A stretch of 18,241 nucleotides of DNA from an uncultured Nitrososphaeraceae archaeon (lineage in GTDB: Archaea; Thermoproteota; Nitrososphaeria; Nitrososphaerales; Nitrososphaeraceae): contig CAWIMJ010000019.1 in the NCBI GenBank assembly GCA_963837175.1, positions 1-18,241 of the forward strand, written 5' to 3'. The notes under the pieces are model-generated. The model searched no databases, was not told the DNA's origin, and saw only the letters and a program-made list of their open reading frames with translations. The position numbers were made by a program, and so were the translations under genes. Position 1 is the stretch's first letter. Every line of letters starts with the position of its first letter. Positions 1 to 9,907 of the stretch are shown one piece after another.

Positions 1-3
1 TAC

Positions 4-707
4 GGCTCTGTTTACTTAAGCCATCATCTTCGTATTATGATAATCAACGAAAAAATTGAACCAATTTCTGATATGTTGTAGTTTACATTTATTTTTCTTT
101 TCTACTACAAGGAAAGTAGTCATGATCAAAGCTTTCGGTTCTATCCTTTTGATGTCCTCTGTATGGTTCTTTCAATCATGCTTTTCTCATAGGAGAAATG
201 CAGATGATGATGATTATTCATATTCAGGAATTTACAAGCCTGTGGATAGATACCATGTACCACTACCATCAGTAGAGACTGGATGTTTTCCATATTTCCT
301 AACCAATTCTTGTTGTAGAAATCGTTCAGCAACAAGCATTGTTCTTTCTTTTAAAGGAAATACGAATACCAAGAATTATTTTATCTATTGATTCAATTGC
401 AATCCACAGCCATACAAATTCATTACGAACTTTAAGCAATGTTTCATCTATAATAAATTCTGATAATACCTTCTTTCTCTTTTGAGATATCTTGGCTTAT
501 TATATCGTTGAATCCAGTTCCAAATAGAAACATGGTTTCTTTTGATAAATGCAGACAAATGTTCTGATGTTTTCCTAAGAGAAAGACCTGAAAAATATAA
601 GTGTAATGCATAATAATAGATATACTTTGAAGATGTTCTATTTCTTTTGAACATAAAGGCAATTAATATATTGAAAGCTATAGGTTTAACCTTAAGTGAA
701 CAGAGCC
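4..707 (-). mobile_element. IS6-family insertion sequence (degenerate)
   Basis: 17-bp terminal inverted repeats GGCTCTGTTTACTTAAG (4-20) and CTTAAGTGAACAGAGCC (691-707), one mismatch. GGCTCTGTT ends are typical of IS6 elements, and the repeats enclose a DDE transposase remnant. Confidence 0.9.
16..654 (-). pseudogene. IS6-family DDE transposase, multiply frameshifted
   Basis: Pieces read across frames: LHLYFSGLSLRKTS..NHVSIWNWIQRY, IIDETLLKV..VWLWIAIE, HPVSTDG..TWY, EKSMIERTIQ, DRTESFD..YFPC..CKLQHIRNWFNFF, with a stop at 16-18. Confidence 0.85.
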
Positions 708-806
708 CAGAAACACATCATAAAACTATAAATAATATATATATCATGTCTTTGTCTTAAATGCTAGAATTTAGCAGTTGTTGCTGCTATAACAAGATGA
801 TTTATA

Positions 807-1601
807 ATGAGTTATGAAACCCCCATGAAAACGACCATTTCTCTTAAATTGGTTTCACTTTTGACTATGACATTGCTGATATCTACTATAGTATTTTCTT
901 CAGAAATAGGTACAGCTAATGCACAGAAATATTCTGTAATTGCTACTATACCTGTTGGTCAAGATCCATTTGGAGTTGCTGTTGATCCATATTATGGCTT
1001 AGTATATGTGACCAGTGCTCTTTCAAACATGTCTCTTTAATATGTGACCAAGTGCTCTTTCAAACATGTGTCTCTTTAAAGCGGAGATCCTGCAACTAAC
1101 ACAGTAATTGCTACTATACCTGTTGGTGATAGTCCATATGGAGTTGCTATTAACCCAACTAATGGCTTGGTATATGTGGCCAATGGTTTTTCAAACACAG
1201 TCTCTGTAATAGATCCTACAACTCGCACAGTAGTTGCTACTATAACTGTTGGTAATGGTCCATTTGGAGTTGCTTTTAACCCAACTAATGGTTTGGTTTA
1301 TGTGACCAATGAAAATTCAAACACAGTCTCTGTAATATATCCTAGAACTAACACAGTTGCTACTATACCTGTTGGTGGTGGTCAATATGAAGTTGCTGTT
1401 AATCCCGCTAATGGTTTGGTTTATGTGACCAATGCTGATTCAAACACAGTCTCTGTAATAGATCCTACAACTAACACAGTAGTTGCTACTATACCTGTTG
1501 GTAGTAATCCAACTGGAGTTGCTTTTAACCCAATTAATGGTTTGGTTTATGTGACCAATGAAAATTCAAACACAGTCTCTGTAATTTCTACAGTATCATA
1601 A
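807..1601 (+). pseudogene. Secreted YVTN/YncE beta-propeller repeat protein, split (5 repeats)
   Basis: Hydrophobic signal peptide followed by 42-aa repeats ([28 protein letters not shown]). The frame is broken by a ~36-bp tandem duplication at ~1005-1080, giving ORFs 807-1040 and 1167-1601. Confidence 0.85.
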
Positions 1602-1895
1602 CCCCTGCTACTACTACCACCACCACTACCAACTACTACTATACCAGGTTTAGATGCAGCAGGCAGCAAAAGCAGCTAATCAAACATGCAGAGAAAAAGC
1701 AGTTGATTAAAGTGCTATAGTAGTAATGATTCCTCAAAGCACCATGGAAATGATGATGATGGGTAACAAGACTTCCTGACCGGCAGTATATATAGTGATA
1801 ATAAAGATGATGATGATGATCTTATGACCGAATTAGAAAGTTTTGATGAGAAATTACAGGGTGCAGCAAATGCATCAGGTATGTCTATACAACTT

Positions 1896-2050
1896 TATAG
1901 ATAGAACAGAATGTTTTGATGATTATTATTTTCCATGTAGAAAAAGAGATAACTGTAAACTAGAACATCATGTTAGCAATTGGATGATGAATCAGTTTGT
2001 TTATATGCATATAGAATGCTTATTAAAGGAAAAATTAAGTGAACAGAGCC
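1896..2050 (+). mobile_element. IS6 3' fragment with terminal inverted repeat
   Basis: IDRTECFDDYYFPCRKRDNCKLEHH..NW resembles the transposase C-terminus in 4-707. It ends in TTAAGTGAACAGAGCC at 2050. Confidence 0.85.
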
Positions 2051-2111
2051 TACTGCTACTACTAATAATTCAAATAATAAGAAAGCGACAAGCAAATAAC
2101 AAACAAATTGA

Positions 2112-2139
2112 TAGCTTATTATCTTGAGATAATAAGCTA
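2112..2139. repeat. 28-bp palindrome, site A (TAGCTTATTATCT-TG-AGATAATAAGCTA)
   Basis: Perfect 13-bp arms around a 2-bp centre. The reverse complement of 2109-2139 matches 17671-17701 at 30/31 positions. Confidence 0.9.
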
Positions 2140-2179
2140 AGCTATGACCACTTCTTACACACATATGTTTTATTTCATG

Positions 2180-2365
2180 AAAATAATAGGATGATAGTAA
2201 GTAAGAAACAAAGCAAGAGGTAGGTAGATAGGTAGGCAGCCAAGCAGTTAGCAGGTAAGTAAACAAGCAGAAGAGAAGAAGATTCTTCCCAAACCTACGA
2301 GCTATCAACTACTAACCTACTTACCTACTTACTAACCATCCCACCCACTTGCTTGTCTGCCTAAT
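2180..2365. repeat. Degenerate tetranucleotide-period tract, purine-rich then pyrimidine-rich
   Basis: TAGG TAGA TAGG TAGG CAGC CAAG ... TAAG TAAA CAAG, followed by CTAA CCTA CTTA CCTA CTTA ... CCCA CTTG CTTG TCTG. Confidence 0.75.
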
Positions 2366-2404
2366 TAGAAGTTCAACATATATTATTTAACAATTAAGAT
2401 CTAT

Positions 2405-2815
2405 CTACTCCTCGCCTGAAATGCCAGCACCGATATAATGCAAGCGAAATGACCCTTTACCCTCGTCTACTGTATCAACAGCAGGATGGGTATATACATA
2501 GTAAGTAATGCCTTGTATGGCTTCGTCTCTATTAAGCGCAGGCAAATTATAGTAATCGCGAAGGGCCTGCTTTACTTCTCCGGTGTGCATTATCTTTTCA
2601 AAGCGTAACGTCTGATCGACGAATAAATTGGCCTTCTTTTGTAAGTATTCTCGCCTTCTCTGGGTTCCATATTGGTCGTCTGCGCTAAGCTCTGGTAAAT
2701 TACTAATTGGCTTATAGCCAGGGTGAAACGGTGTAATTTTTCTGTTGCCGCCTGTTTCTGCTATCCCGCTGTCGTTTCTGACTGTGCGTCTGCTACTATT
2801 ATTGTATATTGACAT
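2405..2815 (-). CDS. Hypothetical protein (136 aa)
   Basis: Uninterrupted ATG ORF with globular-protein composition, visibly more GC-rich than the cargo region. No family recognised. Confidence 0.65.
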   Translation of the reverse strand: MSIYNNSSRRTVRNDSGIAETGGNRKITPFHPGYKPISNLPELSADDQYGTQRRREYLQKKANLFVDQTLRFEKIMHTGEVKQALRDYYNLPALNRDEAIQGITYYVYTHPAVDTVDEGKGSFRLHYIGAGISGEE

Positions 2816-2955
2816 ATCGCTATTTCGTCCTTCCTACCAAATTTATATTACAAAACGAATTGATTAAAATGTTGCTCTTCTCGTGGACGCCCACGCTATC
2901 TATCGCTAGTTGCCCGAAATGGGCTGTCAAAGGCAGGGGTGGAATATCTAACTAG

Positions 2956-4250
2956 CTGAGGCTGGGTCATAATTATTTCATTTTCATAACGAATAAAGCT
3001 AGTCTATGGGAGTATGATATTTTGGTGAAAGACAATCATCCTCGCCAACAAACTAGCACATAAGAGATTTATACTAACTAACAAAAGTTCGTTTACAGAT
3101 TTTTCTTAATATGTAAGGTTTACTATGCTTAAAAAATCCTTTTACTTGGTTTTAAAAGATATACGAAATTATGTTAGGCAGTATAGATCTATTCTAATTA
3201 GTATTTTGTATTTGATTGGTTTGATATAGTGGTCGAAACATGATAGGAGAAAAAATAAGAAATGTGGCAGACCATATGTCTATTCTCCCACTGTTATTTT
3301 GAGATGTTTTGTAGTACGTATCTGGTTTAGATCAGATTCGAACAGAGCATTACATGAATACCTTGCAATGGATCTATCATATAACAAAAAGGTAATGAAA
3401 GGTGTGGACTATCCAAAATACCATGCAGAAGAACATTTGATAGACGTCTTGCTACGATATCTAATGATATTAAAAATAGAATTACTACAATGGGTAAACT
3501 TTTTGTACGTGATAACATAATTGATCCGTCTATTCTCTCAGCAGACAGGTACTCTTGTAAAGGCTAAAGGTCATGTATGGCACAAATCCTCAATGAAGAA
3601 AAGAATAGTACCACGATCGGGTATTGATGATACTGATGCAAGATGGGGATTTAGTTAGTCATACAAAAGGATGGATATTTGGATACAAATTACATTTGAT
3701 ATCAAGTACTGGTTCCATTATTGTACCTTTGGCAGCAGATTTTACAACTGCCAACATACCAGATAATCAGATATACAATACGTTAATAGCAAGTCTACCT
3801 GTTACAACTTCAAGGAAAATACTCTATGTTTCTGCAGATCCTGGATATGATGATCATGAAATGTATGAACTCAGTACAGAGATGGGATTTCAGTTAGTGT
3901 GTCCAGTAAGGAGATATAAGAACACTTCTGTTGACAGGATAAAACTGGTAGAATTTTATAAATCTGAAGTAGGACAGGCTATCTATTCGTTGAGAGGTAT
4001 ATCAATAGAACCACTGATAGAACATATAAAATCTGTCTTTAGGATAAATCCATTGTAAGTAAGAGGATATAGTAAGGCTTGTGCTATAGTACTATTATCA
4101 TTATTGCTATATCAGATACTTGTTTATTATAACTGTAAAACCAACAAAAAGGATCCAAGAGCAATCAAATACATGCTAGGAACATAATGACTGACTATAT
4201 TGATTATTGATATGATAATATTTGTTCATCAAAATATGACCCAGCCTCAG
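2956..4250 (+). mobile_element. IS element of the IS4/IS5 clan (DDE_Tnp_1-type), degenerate
   Basis: Perfect 16-bp terminal inverted repeats CTGAGGCTGGGTCATA (2956-2971) and TATGACCCAGCCTCAG (4235-4250) around a transposase remnant. The true ends could lie 2 bp further inside. Confidence 0.85.
3125..4187 (+). pseudogene. DDE transposase with frameshifts and internal stops
   Basis: Reconstructed motifs GRPYVYS, RRTFDRRL, SAD(S)TLVKA, DTDARWG, GWIFGYKLHL, ADPGYD, IEPLIEHIK, ending KYMLGT*. Confidence 0.85.
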
Positions 4251-4417
4251 ATAAATAGCATATTTGAGCAGGATCATATCATATTGTCGAAGGAAATCCA
4301 AAATAGAGAAACAAATTATTGGACCAAAATACCCAAAGCGACAATATTCATACAGATCATCATGCCCTTGTATTTCATTTATAAAATGTATTTAAATAAA
4401 TATGAGATATAGAATGG

Positions 4418-4512
4418 TCAGGTACTACTACCAAGAATAGATCTAAGTGAGGTAATAGATGGTGAAAAGAAATATTCACCCCTTGTTGGAATAACCCAAT
4501 CTAATATACTGC
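4418..4512 (-). pseudogene. C-terminal fragment resembling a DyP-type peroxidase
   Basis: ILDWVIPTRGEYFFSPSITSLRSILGSST* resembles the DyP C-terminal motif V.P.GGEYFF.PSI..L. Confidence 0.55.
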
Positions 4513-4514
4513 TT

Positions 4515-4643
4515 GTAAAATACCATTCTTTTCCAAAACCAAAATATTATTACTATCTATAAGGCCATGCTAGTAGGGCGTGACAACTGGGAAGTAACGA
4601 GATCTATTTTCAAGTTAGGATCCTTTAGTGAAGGCATATTACC
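4515..4643 (-). pseudogene. N-terminal fragment of a PQQ-dependent sugar (glucose/sorbosone) dehydrogenase
   Basis: MPSLKDPNLKIDLVTSQLSRPTSMA(F)IDSNNILVLEKNG, with one frameshift, matches the first blade of GSDH-type proteins. Confidence 0.65.
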
Positions 4644-5340
4644 AACATAGACCTAATTTAGATGGATATCGAAAAAAGAAATAATATAATGATCGCAGTA
4701 ATTCGATATAAAAATAAAGCGGACAACAATTTAGTATTCACTCTCTGCCTAAAATGCATTCTTCTTCACCTTCAAAAAAGGTGATCACTGCAAAAATTCC
4801 TTATATAATTTCGTAATTAATATACATAATATCGTTGTCCAAATAATATTCATAGGTATCCCTTATCCTAATCTTTCTGATGTTTTACTATTGGCTTTAG
4901 ATGGTGATGAATCTTTTGTATCAAATGAGAAAATTTGTTATATTATAAAATCCATTTTTAAAAAATAACTTTTTTTTCAATTCTCTGATTCAAATGGGAT
5001 TGTATAATATATTTTATTGACGCTATCTTATCAAGGAAATAAATTCTTATCTTTTATAATTGCATACCAAGGATAAAATGTCATAATTTAATTTACCAAC
5101 TATAACTTTAACAGGTTTAAGTGTCATTTTGATTTTCTTCCTGATCGTAATAATGCATATATATCCTCATTATAGCTAATTGGCTTTGATATTCAATGAG
5201 CTTTTTGGGGGATGAACATAGTATAACTAATATAATTTACCTGTGAATTATTTTATGGCGTAAACTTGAAATTGTAAAAAGAAATCTTGTACTTCTATTT
5301 TGATAACTTTAGAATATATTTTTGTAAAAAAATAAAAGAA

Positions 5341-5850
5341 TTATTGGGATGTCGCGTTAGAAGTTGTTGTTGTCATGTTACCAATTCTTGTTGTTGTCAT
5401 GGTTGTTGTCATGTTACCAATTCCTGCAGCACCCTCCGGAGGCGTTGCGTGGAACATGCCATTTAGAACACAAACCGGCCAACTAGTAGGATCGATTACG
5501 TTGATCGTGACAACTGAGTTAGGATCTGCATCTATGCCCGTTATATAAAAGGCCCATGTCATTCCATCTGGCATCCAACCTTGTTTACCATCTCGTATTA
5601 CTCCTGAGGATGTTATCTGACCGTTTTTGACTACAGCATAATTTAATGTTGCTCCTGGACTTGGCGCATCGCGATTTTGAGGAGCTAGTTGTTGAGGAGG
5701 TAAATGAGTGGGATCTACATCTGCGCAGGTAACAATCATAGTTAAATTTGCTCCCTGTGCAAATGCATTGTTTGGAAGCGCGAAGATTCCTGCTGAGATT
5801 GTCAATACTGTTGCCCACCCCATTGCTAAGATTATTTTTGCGTCGAACAT
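5341..5850 (-). CDS. Secreted hypothetical protein with Thr-rich repeated tail
   Basis: Signal peptide ending AFA-Q. The C-terminal IGNMTTT motif is duplicated, with NxT sequons. Confidence 0.8.
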   Translation of the reverse strand: MFDAKIILAMGWATVLTISAGIFALPNNAFAQGANLTMIVTCADVDPTHLPPQQLAPQNRDAPSPGATLNYAVVKNGQITSSGVIRDGKQGWMPDGMTWAFYITGIDADPNSVVTINVIDPTSWPVCVLNGMFHATPPEGAAGIGNMTTTMTTTRIGNMTTTTSNATSQ

Positions 5851-6828
5851 ATTATAACGCTAGATCGAAATTAACTATAATAAGATTTTCCTTAATTTTC
5901 AAAATAACAGTCTGATAAAAGAGAAAGGCAATTATTAGCAAAAAAGAAACGATCGAAAATGTTCTGTAAAGTATCTCTACAACTGATCAAGGAAAATAAA
6001 TATACAGTATGTAACAAAAAGTATTCTGAATATTGAGATAGCACATATACAATCATTAATCATTCTGTTCAAATTTTATCGCATAGAAGACTAGTATAGA
6101 GCTCCACCACTAAGCATCCATTTGACCTATCCACATTATAAATTGATTTAATTGAAAAACACGATACAATCAATTTATTTTTATCTCTATTGTATTAGTG
6201 GAAAATTAATACTCTTTGGTTGTACGATGTAGTGAAATGTAACAACAGAACGTAGCTCTATCTAAAAACATATTAGTTATCATAACAAAATAATCTAGTC
6301 ATCAGGGAAAAAACACAGCTGCAATATCTAATTTGCGGATATGGGATCAGTGAACTAGCTCAACTTAGTTAAGTTAACAGGCCATTTGGTTATGGTTAAC
6401 ATATGAGCCAAATTTACATGTCTCTGCTTGTTATTTCATATATTAAGAGAAACGCCTATTTTTGCTTTTTATCAATTTTTCAAACAGATTAGGAAAAAAT
6501 ATGGAATAAGGAAGCTTTTATTAAATACATATTACATAATAGATTGATTTATTTAGAAGAACATACATAGTAGACATGATACACAAATGAATTTTTTGCA
6601 AGAACTTTAGGCAGATTATTCTCTATTTATAAGTTGGTAATTAAATGCTTGCATTTGGATCTTTCGCACAATCAATTTCTCATTGTGTTCGTTTTATTTC
6701 TGCGAGATAAACCTCTAAAGGTTTTTCTCTTCTGTCAATCTCTTTTACTGCTCTCCTGACTGTGTCATTGTATTATATATCTTGTTGAGAAAATTCCATC
6801 AATGTTCTTACCTTCTCTCGTCTTCCAC

Positions 6829-7284
6829 CTTGCAACATCTGAAATAAATCCTGATCAGCCAAAGAAAAGAGGATTTCCTTTTAACGATCTTACTCAATTG
6901 ATGCAAGATAATAATTCAACAAGAATAGTAGCAATTTTAGATTGTTGTTATAGTGGATCTGCGAAAATTAGTAAGGGTCATGAAGATGATGCAGCAAAAT
7001 TAGCTACGGCTGCTATTAACAGACAATCAAATGAACTTAATACCGGAGAAGGAAAGTGTATTTTGGCTGCTAGCCAAGCTCTCCAAGAAGCATATGTATT
7101 GGAAGAGCAGAATCATAGTGTATTTACTTATTACTTGCTTCAGGGTCTAAAAGGTGAAGAAGAAGCAGCGGCAGATAATAATGGTAATATTACAGTGGAT
7201 TCCCTGGGCAGGTATATTCATAATAAAATTATGTTACTGCCACAATTAATTAATTATCAATCAATCATTGCAATCAAATCCTGA
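6829..7284 (+). pseudogene. Caspase-like (peptidase C14) domain fragment
   Basis: ILDCCYSG catalytic-Cys motif, ILAAS..QEAY, HSVFTYYLLQGLKG and DNNGNITVDSL are present. The N-terminal SGHG catalytic-His region is absent. Confidence 0.8.
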
Positions 7285-7454
7285 ATACATTCAACTACTA
7301 CTAGATAGAATAAATGATAAGCCCTTTGGATCTGGTATATAGTAGAAGAACATAAGCAATAAGATATTATTAAAACGAAAGGAGATTGCTGCTTTAATTA
7401 TATCATTGGTATGCCAAACAAAAATGGATTAGACAAGGCATTCTTATGTTCTTA

Positions 7455-7943
7455 TCATAATGCTCTATTGTGTGCCTGATCATCTCGCTCATGTATTGGT
7501 CCTATAGATCCCCAGCTACCAGAATATTCACCTGTAATCTCCAAAACATCATCACTATACGAAATCTCCTTGAGTATCTCTAATGTCAACTTTTGATTTG
7601 TGACATAATGAGTGCCCTTATCATATACAGCAGGTCTCATTCCAGTTTTTTGAAATATATAGTTTTTAGCTTTTTCTGGATTTGTTCCATTTTTTGTAAA
7701 TACCTCTAGCGTATACATTGGTCCTTCTGCATTATTATTACTGGACTGATTATACTCCCTCTCACGAGAAAGTAAATCCTCAATAAATCCAGGTACCACT
7801 TTAGGTAAAACCTGTGTATATATTGCCTGCAATTTCTTACGCTGTATTCTTAATGCATTTAGTTCAACTGATTCTTTCCTGATTCCAGAGCCTGTTAATT
7901 CAAATATTTCTTTTCCAAACATAGATTCTGATAGTTTGCTCAT
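7455..7943 (-). CDS. Hypothetical protein (162 aa)
   Basis: Clean ORF with globular composition. The real start may lie upstream (~8005) across a frameshift in the G/A run at ~7950-7970. Confidence 0.75.
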   Translation of the reverse strand: MSKLSESMFGKEIFELTGSGIRKESVELNALRIQRKKLQAIYTQVLPKVVPGFIEDLLSREREYNQSSNNNAEGPMYTLEVFTKNGTNPEKAKNYIFQKTGMRPAVYDKGTHYVTNQKLTLEILKEISYSDDVLEITGEYSGSWGSIGPIHERDDQAHNRAL

Positions 7944-8283
7944 ATATTCTTCTTCCCCCTCCTCCTTTTGTTTCTTTTATCTTTTCTAACATTTCGGACA
8001 TCATATCAGTTAATGTAGCATCAGCAATTGATTTAGATATGGTGCAAGTCCAAGTTAGGTTTTAAGCCAATTTTAGTATCAGGTGTCTGGTTTGTATACT
8101 CTGACTACAGAAAGCAGACAGACAGAGTGTTAAAATCAATATATAAAAAAACTTAAGGATATTATCGATGGTCGGTGTTATATTATCTAACTTTATTCTT
8201 TAATCTATTAAATAATAATATTATTCCCTACTATTTTTTTTCTGAATTAATTTATATTGGTTAGTTCACAATAACAATAATGA

Positions 8284-9246
8284 TCAACTCTGTGCGGCAA
8301 GGCGTCTTTTTCTAGTTACTAATTCTTCTGACTCACTCAACCTTCTGTTAATTTCTCTTTTCAACCATTCTTGATAGTATACTAATTTAGTTGTAATAAA
8401 TACCTCAGTTCTCTCTACTCCATCATAAGATTCTAGCCTTTTCAATATTAAATCAACCGTGGGTATGTTTGCACAAAAGAATACTGCAAAAATAAGGTCA
8501 CTTTGATTTGGATTTTGAATAAAGACCAAGTATTCCTGCATTTCGTGGTATATTCTTTCAATGATATTTTGGTAAAGCGATCTTTGTACATGGATTATTA
8601 CTGCAAATTCGATGTATCCAACTAATTGCATAGAAGACATGTCTCTGAGAATAGAAAATTGTAGAACATGGTTTTCTCTCATTTTTTGCAATCGCCTTGT
8701 TACGGTCTTTGTTGATATTGTTGATTCTTTAGCAATATTTTCGACTTGCATTCTAGCATTTGATAACAGATATTTTATGATTTTAAAATCAGAGTTATGT
8801 ATTTTCATAGATATTTGTTTGTAAGTTACTAACATACTGTCCTCCACAATAACTGCTGGTTTTAGCAAATTAACCATTAGTCCAATCTTATCCTCTCCTC
8901 CAGCTTTAATTGATAGCACAAATATAGAAGCTCGTCCTAATTGCTTAGCAAACACAGATACATCTCCTAAGAGATTGAGGCGATTAACAATTTCCTCTTC
9001 TTTGATTGTTTTTTCAGTATGTCGTACTGTCAAAATACATTCTTTTTCATATCTGAAAATTACAGGGTTTACTCTTACCACAAAATTTTGTATTATTCCA
9101 TTAGAAGTCATTTTATTAATTCTTTCTTTGACTGCATTTGGAGTTATGCCAACAGTAGAAGCTATATTTCTATAAGGGATTCTACAATCTACAGAAAGAG
9201 AATTTATAATTGTTAAATCTATTTTATCTATCACTGTCTTGGGCAT
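8284..9246 (-). CDS. Lrp/AsnC-family transcriptional regulator with tandem duplicated HTH and effector domains
   Basis: Two AsnC-type wHTH motifs: DKIDLTIINSLSVDCRIPYRNIASTVGITPNAVKERINKM and DFKIIKYLLSNARMQVENIAKESTISTKTVTRRLQKM. Confidence 0.9.
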   Translation of the reverse strand: MPKTVIDKIDLTIINSLSVDCRIPYRNIASTVGITPNAVKERINKMTSNGIIQNFVVRVNPVIFRYEKECILTVRHTEKTIKEEEIVNRLNLLGDVSVFAKQLGRASIFVLSIKAGGEDKIGLMVNLLKPAVIVEDSMLVTYKQISMKIHNSDFKIIKYLLSNARMQVENIAKESTISTKTVTRRLQKMRENHVLQFSILRDMSSMQLVGYIEFAVIIHVQRSLYQNIIERIYHEMQEYLVFIQNPNQSDLIFAVFFCANIPTVDLILKRLESYDGVERTEVFITTKLVYYQEWLKREINRRLSESEELVTRKRRLAAQS

Positions 9247-9467
9247 TCAATTCCAAGTAACATAACGGACCCCGATAAGAGTTTTGGTCTCATTTATGCA
9301 GCAAGCCTTGCACTATAGATAAATTCTATGTATAACTTGGTAATTCAATGACAAAACTCTATATGTATACGGATAAGATGGGAGCTTACCAGTTACCTGG
9401 AATAGAAGAAATACTTCCATCACAGATAAAACAATATGAGATAATAAAAAAGGGGTGGCTGTAAAAA

Positions 9468-9904
9468 ATGGCAAAAAATGGTACAAGAGAACAACTATCT
9501 TCCTATCATTACTATCAATACTACTTTATTGCTGCTGAGCTGCTACTGCAATAGCTGGAATAGTACATCTGTATATGCCACTCGCGCATCCGAGAATGTT
9601 TGAAAATATACCAATGGTGACATTCTTTCTTGGTTCCGGAATTGCACAGATATTTTGGATATTGCCTATGATAAAGAGATGGGGAAGAATATGGTATTAT
9701 ATAGGAATTGCAGGAAATATAGCTTTTATAATACTATATGTTATAACACGATTCCCTGGCAATCTTGTTAATGGAAAAGGTGGAGATGTTGATGCAGTTG
9801 ATATGATATGTGAATTGGCGCAAGTAGCATATATAGCAATAACTGCAGTGATACTAGCTAAAGAAAGAAGTATAAAAGTAGTTGATAAGGAACAGCTAAG
9901 GTAA
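9468..9904 (+). CDS. Small multi-pass membrane protein, N-terminus probably frameshifted
   Basis: ORF 9575-9904 has three hydrophobic helices. The in-frame upstream ATAIAGIVHLY suggests a fourth helix and a start near ATG 9468. It is divergent from the Lrp/AsnC gene. Confidence 0.7.
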
Positions 9905-9907
9905 ACA

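Larger units (their letters stand above)
708..2050 (+). repeat. Copy 1 of a long inverted duplication (partner 9908-11078)
   Basis: The upstream region, YVTN gene, 3' spacer and IS6 end match the reverse complement of 9908-11078. Confidence 0.92.

Noticed and set aside
56-662. ORFs 56-391 (+) and 444-662 (-)
   Set aside because: Antisense or off-frame shadows of the IS6 transposase pseudogene.
930-1601. YVTN repeats as a CRISPR array or DGR template/variable pair
   Set aside because: These are 126-bp in-frame coding repeats. There are no spacers, no cas or reverse transcriptase gene, and differences are not confined to adenines.
1843-2308. ORFs 1843-2127 (+), 1973-2308 (-) and the counterpart 9858-10115 (-)
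   Set aside because: Chimeric read-throughs of the IS6 fragment and of low-complexity 4-mer tracts, not credible genes.
2905-2956. tRNA gene
   Set aside because: Only ~52 nt, with no T-loop consensus or 7-nt anticodon loop. Kept as a structured-element candidate instead.
4200-4412. 70-aa ORF
   Set aside because: It spans the right inverted repeat of the IS and is probably fortuitous.
6362-6390. Short palindromes AACTTA-GT-TAAGTT and paired GTTAAC
   Set aside because: Short, AT-rich and not repeated elsewhere, so compatible with chance.
8612-9216. Short plus-strand ORFs inside the Lrp/AsnC gene (likewise 3327-3518, 5585-5818, 13741-14034, 14584-14835, 15859-16041, 16922-17125)
   Set aside because: They overlap better-supported genes and have no recognisable motifs.
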